Source: Nitrospirota bacterium
GTDB lineage: Bacteria; Nitrospirota; UBA9217
DNA: 64,000 bases
Direction of reading: 5' to 3'
NCBI GenBank assembly: GCA_963740085.1
Contig: CAVUCU010000004.1
Span: 352,001 to 416,000 of the forward strand
Each line of letters starts with the position of its first letter. Position 1 is the stretch's first letter. Made by a program: the position numbers and the translations under genes. Of this stretch, positions 34,759-43,412 are shown in pieces. A model generated the notes under the pieces. The model was not told the DNA's origin and did not search any database. It was given only the letters and a program-made list of their open reading frames with translations.

Positions 34759-36367
34759 TTATCGAGGGGATTGATCGTGCAGAAAGCAGAAGGGGTCCTT
34801 GTCCTCAAAGATATTGAGTCCATGGCTGTTTGTACTGGCGAGGCATCCGCCGCAGACGGGGCGAATGGCGCATGTCCGGCACGCCGCGGTCCCCGTGCGA
34901 TAGCGTTTCGCCAATTCCGAATCATAGATCTCCGAGATGCTCTGCTCGTGGACATCGCCGATGGGCGAGGGAAATTTTCGGCAGGCATGAACTTCGCCAT
35001 CCGCGAGGAGCGTCACGAAATTGAATGCTGCGCCGCATCCGTAGCCGGTACAACCGCCGAAGAGTGCGACTATCATGTTCGTGGCGGATGATGTTGATGA
35101 GGTTGTCCTTGATCCCCATGACGGGGTTGGTTTTAGCAGCCTCGAGATATGATTGGAGAAAAGAACGGTAGTGCCGGGCTTCCGGTAAGAGAAGATTAGC
35201 ACCTTCGCCGACCATGGAGAGCCGGTTGAAATGGAAGGTATCCGTCTTCCCGCGGAGCACCTCGGCGAGCGGCAGTACCTGGTCGATGTTCCCGCTCGTC
35301 AGGGTGAGCATGACCATGGATGATACACCGAGCTCTCTGAGGACATCGAGGAAGGCCATGATCCGGTCAAAATGACCAGTGCCGCGGATACTGTCGTTAT
35401 GCTTCCGCAGACCCTCCAGGCTCACCTGGAAAAAAGCGGGCATTTGGACGGCGATCAATTCCTCGATCTGCTCCCGCGAAGCGGGATTGCCGAGGATCGC
35501 CGTGGTGAAGCCGCGCTCTGCGGCAGCGCGGTAGATCTCCGGGAACGCCGGGTGAAGGAGGGGATTGCCGCCCGTAAAGGAGACCGCGCCGGTGACGTTC
35601 TTATTCCTGCAGAACATGCGCAGATCATCCAGCACGCTCACTGCCTGGTCGAACGTCACGGGAGGCCGGTCGCTGCGGTCATAGCAATGCTTGCAGTGAA
35701 GATCGCAGGCCTGTGTGATGTGCCACTGAAGGGTGAAAGACGGCGATGAAAAAAACTGATCGGGGATCCCATTGCCGCGGTGAAAGACCTCGGGGTCCCG
35801 CCTGATAAGCGACGGCGGTGTGAGTACGAGACCGCGCGCCCATGCGCGGACGAGCGCACGATCAATAGCACCGACGGGCAGTTTCCCCTGCGTCGCGACG
35901 GTCTCCGGAGCTACGCGCTCAACGACCATTTTGAGGACAAGGAGGTCTTCGTCCGTCGCCGGCCGCGCAATTACGCGGCCGGTAAGGTGGTTGAAATAAA
36001 CGAGTAGGCGCTCCCTCGTTTGAACGGGAGGGTTGGAACCGCGCTGGTCATGACCAAGGAAAACGGCCAGGTTCTTCCACGAAACCTCGATGATCTGCAG
36101 CGTGGGGTTGATGCAGGATCGAGCGACCTCAGCAGGGATTGATCCCGCGTTTTTTTTGACGGAGAAGGTTGTTTCCTCTAAAAGGGCGAGGTCGGACAAA
36201 AATATCGGTATCGAGCGGTCATGCTGATGGGACAGCATTTTCGACAATGACTGTGCAGCGATCGCGCCGGCCCATTGCGTGGAGAAGCGGGCCCATGCTT
36301 TTTCGCCCAGGACATTTCGACATGCTCGATACCGGGTGTCAACGTTTTTGTCTGGAAAAGGGTCCAT
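34759..36367 (-). CDS. sbtM: SbtM-type thio(seleno)oxazole RiPP radical SAM/SPASM maturase, +1 frameshift near 35065
   Basis: FTLQWHITQACDLHCKHC; SFTGGNP; SPASM FGGCTGYGCGAAFNF..HACRK..CRTCAIRPVCGGC..DPFC in the next frame; long N-terminal precursor-recognition-like region. Confidence 0.85.
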
Positions 36368-36465
36368 GGCATCAGAAAAACGGGATCCCGGCAGTGTATG
36401 GACCTAAACGGTCATCATCGCCGGACCACAACTTGTCAATGCGTGTTCTTGATGTACTCGTGTTT

Positions 36466-36488
36466 GCCGGCAGGTCTATCCTGCCGGC
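36466..36488. other. Perfect GC-rich hairpin between precursor and maturase genes
   Basis: GCCGGCAGG-TCTAT-CCTGCCGGC. Confidence 0.7.
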
Positions 36489-36521
36489 TGTTTCCCGGAA
36501 CATTTGATAGTGCAAACTGCA

Positions 36522-36758
36522 CTATTTGCTGCCGCTTCAGCCGCCTGTCGGGGTAGGGTCAGAAGCCGGTTCAGCTTTTGTTCCGCTTCAGCTGCCGTGC
36601 GTTGAGGTCTGCTCAGTGGTAACGCCTGTACCACCTGTTGAACCAGCTCAACTGCTCTCTGCGGCGCCTGTCGTCGCACCGAGAGTGAGTCCGGCGCCGG
36701 CAACCAATCCGGCAATTCCGAAGCCTGCCAGTAACTTTTTAAGCTCTTGAATATCCAT
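36522..36758 (-). CDS. sbtA: SbtA-type RiPP precursor with three predicted selenocysteines (absent from the ORF track)
   Basis: AGGAGGTG RBS; translation MDIQELKKLLAGFGIAGLVAGAGLTLGATTGAAESSUAGSTGGTGVTTEQTSTHGSUSGTKAEPASDPTPTGGUSGSK-TAG; UGA codons at 36650, 36590 and 36539. Confidence 0.85.
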
Positions 36759-37001
36759 GTTTCACCTCCTTTTCGCCACGTGTCTGCGTAAATGACGCGT
36801 TATCGGATGGGGTAAATCGATCATTGTTATTCTTGCCGGCTTACTGTATATCCCAAGCATGAGTAGTTTGAAAAGGGATGATCGGCATATATAGATAAAG
36901 TCTATTGGTTCCTGGTATCATTGTCAAGAACTGATTCGAGCAGATGAGGTCAGGGTGAAAGGGCCGTTCCGGGGACATGCGGGGTTGGGTATGGCTTCCC
37001 G

Positions 37002-37210
37002 ATGATCAAGGTCATCGAAAGAAAATCGCAGGAGCTGGAGGTTACTGTTCCCCTGGTGCCGAGAGAACGAATTACCTGTTCGACCTGTCATAATCCCCAC
37101 CAAAAGGGGCGTCATAACATATAAGCCTTCCACGAAGGGGGTCGATGAACCGGGCAGGCTCCGCCTGCCCGGTTCATCGGAGAGCTGCTCTGTCTGTCAT
37201 GACCTCTCAT
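37002..37210 (+). pseudogene. Multiheme cytochrome c C-terminal remnant
   Basis: ERITCSTCHNPHQKG, then a frameshift to ...RLRLPG..ESCSVCHDL; no intact 5' part. Confidence 0.65.
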
Positions 37211-37279
37211 CATCAACGTTGCGCGGTTTTCTAACAGTTTCCCGTTGACGAATGGGCAAAAAATAGGCATAGTAGCGCC

Positions 37280-38917
37280 ATGATATTCATCAGCCTCTTC
37301 GGCGGTATGCTCCTCCTGCTCTACGGCATCAAGCTCCTGAATGACGGGCTCCAGAATGCCGCCGGTTCCAAGATCCGTTCGCTCCTCAGGTCCCTCACGA
37401 GCAACCGGCTCGCTGCCGTGGGCGGCGGGGCGTTCATCACCGGCCTCATCCAGTCGAGCAGCGCCACGTCGGTCATGCTCGTCGGGTTCGTGAGCGCCGG
37501 GCTCATGAGTTTCCGCCAGACCCTTGCGGTCATCCTCGGTGCGGACATCGGCGCCACACTTACCGTGCAACTCATCGCCTTTCACGTCTATGACTATGCC
37601 GTGCTTCTTGTCGGGATCGGTTTGTCCTTCACCCTTTTTGCCAAAAGAATGCTCTTCAGGAACTTCGGCCAGGGTGTGCTCGGCTTCGGTTTTGTCTTCC
37701 TCTCCATCAAGATCATGATCGAGGCCATGACGCCGCTCCAGAGCGACGAGCTGTTCCGCCAGGTCTTTATCGCCCTCACGGATACGCCGATCATCGGGAT
37801 CGTGCTCTCGGCCGGTGTGACGGCCCTTATCCACAGCAGTGCGGCGACCATGGGCGTTGCACTTGTCCTTGCCTCGAGCGGTCTGATACCGCTTCCCGCC
37901 GCCATCTATATTGTCCTCGGCGCCAACATCGGCACCTGCGCCACAGCGTTCATGGCAAGCCTGCGTTCACCCGCCGAGGCGAGACGTGTTGCCTGGGCGC
38001 ACCTGCTCTTTAAAGTATTCGGCGTTCTGCTCTTCCTGCCGTTCCTCTCGCCCTTCTCGCATCTGGTCACCGCCACGTCCCCGGACCTCACCCGGCAGAT
38101 CGCAAATGCCAATACGCTGTTCAATGTTATCATGGCGGTAGTCTTCCTGCCCCTTATCGGTCCCTTCTCCAAGCTGGTCATGAAACTGGTTCCTGAAGAG
38201 GAGAAGGGAAAAAGGGTCGGGCCCCAGTACCTGGACGAGCACGTGCTTGGTACGCCCGCGCTGGCGTTGGGACAGGCAAGCCGGGAGGCGCTCCGGGTGT
38301 CGGACATCGTGAGGGAAATGCTGAACGACGCGGTCAAGGTTTTTCAGAGCGATGATACAGAGACCATAACCACCATCAAGAACAAGGACAACCTGATCGA
38401 CCTTTTGGACAGGCATATCCGTCTTTACATCACCCGGCTTTCATCGTCGCATCTGACCGAAGCCCAGTCCCGACGCTCGATGGCCGTGCTCGAGATCTCA
38501 CGCAACCTGGAGAACATCGGAGATATCATCGACCGGAACATCATGCCTTTGGCGCTGAAGCGGATCAGCAAAGGGATCACCTTCTCTCCGGAAGGGTTGG
38601 AAGAGATCGTCCGCTTTCATAGAAAAGTGATCGACAACTTTGATATCGCCATCTCGGCATTCGGGAGCAACGACCTGGTCCTTGCGGAGCAGGTGCTTCG
38701 GAACAAGGAAGAAATCGGCATGCTTGAACGAGAGCTGGTCCAGGCGCACCTTGACCGGCTCCGCAAGGGGTTCCGGGAATCCATTGAGACGAGTCATATT
38801 CATCTTGATGTGATCGGGAACCTCGCGCGCATTAATTCGCTCATTACCCACATCATCTATCCGATCGTTGACGAAAAACGAGTGAAGGGACGTGAGGATG
38901 TGGGGATTGAGGCGTAG
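37280..38917 (+). CDS. Na+/Pi cotransporter family protein with PhoU-like domains
   Basis: IQSSSATSV, GADIGAT, IHSSAAT and GANIGT motifs; C-terminal SIETSHIHLD. Confidence 0.93.
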   Translation: MIFISLFGGMLLLLYGIKLLNDGLQNAAGSKIRSLLRSLTSNRLAAVGGGAFITGLIQSSSATSVMLVGFVSAGLMSFRQTLAVILGADIGATLTVQLIAFHVYDYAVLLVGIGLSFTLFAKRMLFRNFGQGVLGFGFVFLSIKIMIEAMTPLQSDELFRQVFIALTDTPIIGIVLSAGVTALIHSSAATMGVALVLASSGLIPLPAAIYIVLGANIGTCATAFMASLRSPAEARRVAWAHLLFKVFGVLLFLPFLSPFSHLVTATSPDLTRQIANANTLFNVIMAVVFLPLIGPFSKLVMKLVPEEEKGKRVGPQYLDEHVLGTPALALGQASREALRVSDIVREMLNDAVKVFQSDDTETITTIKNKDNLIDLLDRHIRLYITRLSSSHLTEAQSRRSMAVLEISRNLENIGDIIDRNIMPLALKRISKGITFSPEGLEEIVRFHRKVIDNFDIAISAFGSNDLVLAEQVLRNKEEIGMLERELVQAHLDRLRKGFRESIETSHIHLDVIGNLARINSLITHIIYPIVDEKRVKGREDVGIEA

Positions 38918-38924
38918 AGAGGCA

Positions 38925-39036
38925 GAGTTAGGAGTTAGGAGTTCGGAGTGTGGAGTCGGAGTAAGGCAATCTTACAACCCGAACCCTGAACCCTGAACCC
39001 TGAACCCTGAACCCTGAACCCTGAACCCTGAACCCG
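38925..39036. repeat. Heptamer-repeat element with seven perfect GAACCCT copies
   Basis: (GGAGTT[A/C])n left arm; GAACCCT x7 at 38981-39029. Confidence 0.9.
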
Positions 39037-39062
39037 ATACCCTCTAGTTTGGAGGTTTTAAA

Positions 39063-39461
39063 ATGATAAGGCAACTCAGAGTGAAAACGAATTCAAGGAC
39101 AGAGCTTGTGGACATCACGCAGGGAGTGCAGATGCTCGTGGCGGAGAGCGGGGTTCGCTCCGGCGTATGTTACGTCTACGTGCCCCACACGACCTCGGCG
39201 GTCACGATCAACGAGAACTCCGATCCGAACGTAGGGCGGGACATCCTGAAGGAACTGAACAAGGTCATTCCCTTTGACGACAATTACGGCCATCATGAAG
39301 GAAATTCCGCGGCTCACATCAAGTCGAGCATCATCGGTGTATCCAAGGCGATCATGGTAGAGGAGGGGAGACTGGCGCTCGGCACGTGGCAGGCCGTATT
39401 TTACTGCGAGTTCGACGGCCCGCGCGACCGCAGGGTGTTGGTGAAGGTGATGAAGGATTAG
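39063..39461 (+). CDS. yjbQ: YjbQ/UPF0047 family protein
   Basis: PHTTSAVTINEN, HHEGNSAAHIKS and LGTWQAVFYCEFDGPR motifs. Confidence 0.93.
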   Translation: MIRQLRVKTNSRTELVDITQGVQMLVAESGVRSGVCYVYVPHTTSAVTINENSDPNVGRDILKELNKVIPFDDNYGHHEGNSAAHIKSSIIGVSKAIMVEEGRLALGTWQAVFYCEFDGPRDRRVLVKVMKD

Positions 39462-39473
39462 GGGAAAAGGGAT

Positions 39474-40598
39474 ATGATACTCAGGGGAAGATTGTTGATT
39501 TCCGTAATTAGCATTCTGCTGTTCACCCTCTCCGTGGCTTCAGCCCAAACCGCTGAACAGAATGCCTATGCCCGCTTTCTGAGAACAGGCTCCGGGCAGA
39601 TGAAGGCTGGCGATTATCAGGCCGCGCGCGATTCATTTAAGCAGGCGCTCGAGTACAACGATTCCGCACCTGAAGGCCACCTTGGCCTCGGCATTGCATA
39701 TTTTTACCTGCGGGATGATACAGAAGCTGAAAGGGAATTGTCGAAGACGCTTGAACTTAATCCAAAGTCATCAATAGCAAATCAATTTCTCGGCGAGCTT
39801 TATTACCGCAAAGATGACCTGAAAACGGCGGTATCGTACTGGGAAAAAGCGGTTGAATTAGATCCCAATGCGGCCAATATTCGCTCGCGGCTCGACCGCA
39901 TCCGCAAAGAGCACAAGGCGGAGAAGGATTTCAATCACGAGATTACAAGTCACTTTCTGATAAAGTATGAGGGCAGGGAAAAGATCGAGGCCGGGAGGAT
40001 CGTTCTCAGGATACTCGAAGACGCGTACGGTGAGGTGGGCCGCTCCCTGTCTTTTTATCCCGATCAGGAGATCCAGGTGATCTTGTATTCGGGACAGCAG
40101 TTTCAGGCAGTGACCAGCGCACCTGACTGGAGCAGCGGTCTCTTCGACGGGAAGATCCGCCTTCCCGTCGGCGGCATCGAACGGGAAACGCCGGCGCTCA
40201 GGATGAATCTCTTTCATGAATACACGCACGCGGCCGTGCGCGCCATAACACCCCGCTGCCCTACCTGGTTGAACGAGGGGCTGGCGCAATACTTCGAGGG
40301 CAGGCAGATCGACCCACGGCAGCTGGAGAATCTTAAGCAGCTCGCGCAGGCTGGAACGCTCCCACCGCTCACGAACCTGGAAGGCTCATTCATGGGACTC
40401 AACGGCAGCCGGGCACAGCTGGCCTATTTAATCAGCCTCTCCTCGGTCCGTTACATGATCGATACCTTCGGCCTGTATCGCGTTAAAGGTGTGCTGGACG
40501 AACTTGCCAGGGGCGCGGACACCAATGGGGCCCTCAGCAGGGGGATCATGTTGTCGTATGAAGAATTCGAGCGCGGGTGGAAGCGGTCGCTCGAATAG
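39474..40598 (+). CDS. TPR-repeat protein with peptidase MA-like domain
   Basis: Signal peptide; three TPR-like repeats; HEYTH...PTWLNEGLAQY gluzincin motif. Confidence 0.85.
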   Translation: MILRGRLLISVISILLFTLSVASAQTAEQNAYARFLRTGSGQMKAGDYQAARDSFKQALEYNDSAPEGHLGLGIAYFYLRDDTEAERELSKTLELNPKSSIANQFLGELYYRKDDLKTAVSYWEKAVELDPNAANIRSRLDRIRKEHKAEKDFNHEITSHFLIKYEGREKIEAGRIVLRILEDAYGEVGRSLSFYPDQEIQVILYSGQQFQAVTSAPDWSSGLFDGKIRLPVGGIERETPALRMNLFHEYTHAAVRAITPRCPTWLNEGLAQYFEGRQIDPRQLENLKQLAQAGTLPPLTNLEGSFMGLNGSRAQLAYLISLSSVRYMIDTFGLYRVKGVLDELARGADTNGALSRGIMLSYEEFERGWKRSLE

Positions 40599-40621
40599 AG
40601 ACAAGTACCAAATATCAGGCA

Positions 40622-40790
40622 CCAAGGTATCTACACAGGTCAAAAGCTGTTTAGCCGCGAATGGCCTGAAAAATGAACCGGCCACTTAGAGAGGCACGCA
40701 AGGATCGCAGAGAGAATTAAAACTGAAATACATGGTTTCAGATTATTTCTTTGAGTTCTTTGCGTTCTTTTGCGGCCAATCTGAGCAGTT
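40622..40790 (-). repeat. Dispersed ~150-bp repeat, copy A
   Basis: Reverse complement matches 52424-52575 and 44996-45140 (CTCAGATTGGCCGCAAAAGA...CGCGGCTAA..CAG..TTTTGACC). Confidence 0.85.
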
Positions 40791-40847
40791 TGTACCAAGA
40801 TGCAAATAATCACCAAAGGGAGAGGCAAGCACCAATTGCAGACTTGT

Positions 40848-40921
40848 TGTCACCCTGAGCGAAGCGAAGGGTCTCGCAACGGGCTGGAAATAAGAGATTC
40901 TTCACTACGTTCAGAATGACA
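40848..40921. repeat. REP-like palindrome
   Basis: TGTCACCCTGAGCGAAGCGAAGGGTCTC ... GAGATTCTTCACTACGTTCAGAATGACA. Confidence 0.75.
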
Positions 40922-40973
40922 TACTGTGCCGATTTGAGATTTGGGATTTGATATTTGGAATTTGTCCGATCAT

Positions 40974-42068
40974 ATGGTACTATCCCGTCATGACCTCACC
41001 GGTTGCAGAGAACCTACACTTTCCGATTTTGACTTCGATCTTCCCGAATCGCTCATTGCGCAGGAACCATCACTGCGAAGGGATTGTTCGCGCCTTCTGG
41101 CAGTCGATCGCGAGAGCGGAAGTATCGCGCATCGCATTTTTACTGATCTTGAACAGTATCTTGTTCCCGGCGATCTGCTGGTCTTAAACGACACGAAAGT
41201 TTTCCCGTGCAGGCTTTTGGCAAAAAAAACCGGAGGCGGCAGGGCAGAGATATTCCTCTTGTCTGAACAGGGGGTGAACCTCTGGGAAGCACTCGTGAAG
41301 GGTGGTGTCGGCACCGGGAAACGATTGAGCGTCACGGCGGAAATAGATGCCGAGATCATGGGTCAGGGCGCAGACAACGTCAGGATGGTCCGCTTTTACG
41401 GCATCAACGATATACGGACGGTCCTTCCTGAGATCGGGAAAACACCGCTTCCTCCTTATATAAAGCGAGAAGCCGATAAGGCTGACGGGGAACGCTACCA
41501 GACGGTATACGCGGCGCATGAAGGTGCGGTTGCGGCGCCTACAGCCGGTCTGCACTTCACGGATGAAATGCTTGTCCGGTTGAAGCACAGGGGTGTACAG
41601 TTCGCCTTGGTCACGCTCCACGTGGGGCCGGGAACGTTCCAGCCTGTCCGGGTGGAAACGATCGCGGATCATCGCATGCTTCCCGAGCGCTACTCGATCA
41701 CCGAGGACGCCGCTGCGCGGATCAACCTCGCGAAGTCAGAAGGCAGAAGGGTGATCGCGGTGGGGACCACGAGCGTGCGAACGATCGAGACCTCGGCGGC
41801 CGGCGGCAACAGGGTCGCGCCCGGCGAAGGCCGTTCGGAGCTGTTCATTTATCCCGGCTATCAATTTACGGTGACAGACGGCATCGTCACCAATTTTCAT
41901 CTGCCGAAGTCAACTCTTCTCATGCTCGTATCGGCTTTTGCCGGCAGGGAACGGACGCTGTCGGCGTATCGTACGGCGGTCGCGGAGAAGTACCGTTTTT
42001 ACAGTTATGGAGACGCGATGTTCATCGCTCAGGCAGGTCCCAAACAACAAGCATCGAATAACAAATAA
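40974..42068 (+). CDS. queA: S-adenosylmethionine:tRNA ribosyltransferase-isomerase
   Basis: SDFDFDLPESLIAQ, PLPPYIKR, AAPTAGLHF, TNFHLPKSTL and YRFYSYGDAM motifs; start uncertain. Confidence 0.96.
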   Translation: MVLSRHDLTGCREPTLSDFDFDLPESLIAQEPSLRRDCSRLLAVDRESGSIAHRIFTDLEQYLVPGDLLVLNDTKVFPCRLLAKKTGGGRAEIFLLSEQGVNLWEALVKGGVGTGKRLSVTAEIDAEIMGQGADNVRMVRFYGINDIRTVLPEIGKTPLPPYIKREADKADGERYQTVYAAHEGAVAAPTAGLHFTDEMLVRLKHRGVQFALVTLHVGPGTFQPVRVETIADHRMLPERYSITEDAAARINLAKSEGRRVIAVGTTSVRTIETSAAGGNRVAPGEGRSELFIYPGYQFTVTDGIVTNFHLPKSTLLMLVSAFAGRERTLSAYRTAVAEKYRFYSYGDAMFIAQAGPKQQASNNK

Positions 42069-42169
42069 ATATCAAGCATAATTTTCAAACGTTTCGAATT
42101 TGTACTTTTGAGTCTGGAATTTATTTGGGATTTGTCATTTGAAATTCGGATCTTATGCAGGAGTGCCCT

Positions 42170-42827
42170 ATGATCAATCAAAGAGGCGGCATCATTTCCA
42201 AGCTCTTCATCATCCCGATGGGAGTGGCCCTCATGGTGGGCTTCTTTTTTTTAGGATATTATGTGGGGAAATATCAGAGCAAGACAGCGGCATCGGGAGA
42301 GATAGCGCCGCCGCTTCCCGCGATAGCTTCCAACAATGGCCAGAAGCTGGAAGAGTTTACGTTCTACAAGACACTGGCCGACAAAAACGACAAGACCGTA
42401 TCAATCGACCTCAAAACAAAGCCTGTGAAAGAGGCCACAAAACCAATGCCTATTTCCGAGGCGCCGAAGGAAAAGCGGCTAGAGGTCAATCTTGGGAAAG
42501 AGTCGTCCTCGACGGCGAGGCCAAAACAGCTGGCGTCGAAGCACGCAGCAGCCAGCGAAGAGAGAGCCTGCCGAGGCATCCTCGAACACAAAAATCCGCT
42601 ATACCGTTCAGACGGCATCATACCAGGAACGGGCAATGGCCGAGGATGAAGTGAAGCGGCTGAAAAAGAGGGGATTTGCCGCGTTCATTGTCTCCTCGGA
42701 ACTGCCGGGCAAAGGCGTGTGGCACCGTGTGAGGCTCGGCAGCTTCTCGAACAAGGCGGCGGCTGAAAGGCTCCAAAAGACGGTTCGTGAGAAGGAGGGG
42801 ATTTCAACCATCGTGGTATTGGAATAG
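42170..42827 (+). CDS. SPOR-domain membrane-anchored protein, +1 frameshift near 42545
   Basis: N-terminal TM (FFFLGYYVGK) and FTFYKTL; C-terminal YTVQTASY...WHRVRLGSF in the next frame. Confidence 0.8.
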
Positions 42828-42913
42828 AGACAGGCGGCCTGGGGAAAATTGAGGGTCCAGGGGGACCGGGTCTTTCTCAATTGCTGAACGACCGATTCCC
42901 TCATGTTCCCGTA

Positions 42914-43324
42914 TCAGTGCACATTCTTATTGGAAATGATCTGGAGGGTGAGAGGAATGATGCCTGCCCGTTCCTGATCGAGGAGGGTCTCTATCCAGTA
43001 CGTGCCGGGGACATTGAACGTCGAATTGAACCGGATCGATATGTCCCGGTGATGCTGGCTTTCGTTGAAAAGGGTTATCGTTGCATCAGACTCGGAGAGG
43101 ACCTGCTTCTGGTCCGGGGCAAGGAGCCTGATACGGGAAAGGAACTCGCCCTTTCCGCCGGTCCATTCGTTCACAATAGCAAAACGGGGGTGCAGCGCCG
43201 GGAACGTGTTCGAGTAGATGCTTTCGAACAGTCCCATGAGACTGAACTTGCCGCCCATCTCCTGTCGCACGTCGTCGCAGAGGATGGTGTAATTCAACCT
43301 TGGTTTGATCTTTGTCATTGCCAT
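42914..43324 (-). CDS. DUF6941-like protein
   Basis: ILCDDVRQEMGGKFSLMGLFE motif; homologous to 2276-2680. Confidence 0.65.
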   Translation of the reverse strand: MAMTKIKPRLNYTILCDDVRQEMGGKFSLMGLFESIYSNTFPALHPRFAIVNEWTGGKGEFLSRIRLLAPDQKQVLSESDATITLFNESQHHRDISIRFNSTFNVPGTYWIETLLDQERAGIIPLTLQIISNKNVH

Positions 43325-43330
43325 GCCGGT

Positions 43331-43400
43331 AACGTAACATACAGTTCTGCTGTGTGTCAAACTGTTTTTTCTTGACAAATATTTTCAATCAACGTAATCT
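43331..43400. promoter_or_regulatory. Back-to-back sigma70 promoters
   Basis: Minus: TTGACA(43360)-18-TACGTT; plus: TTGACA(43372)-17-TAATCT. Confidence 0.55.
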
Positions 43401-43412
43401 TATCCGCATCTT

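Noticed and set aside
36476-36750. Track ORFs 36476-36715 (-) and 36526-36750 (+)
   Set aside because: Alternative frames over the sbtA precursor; they lack an RBS, whereas the UGA-containing frame has a strong RBS and family-like leader
38925-39036. Tandem repeats as a CRISPR array or telomere-like sequence
   Set aside because: 7-nt units with no unique spacers, no cas genes, and an internal intergenic position
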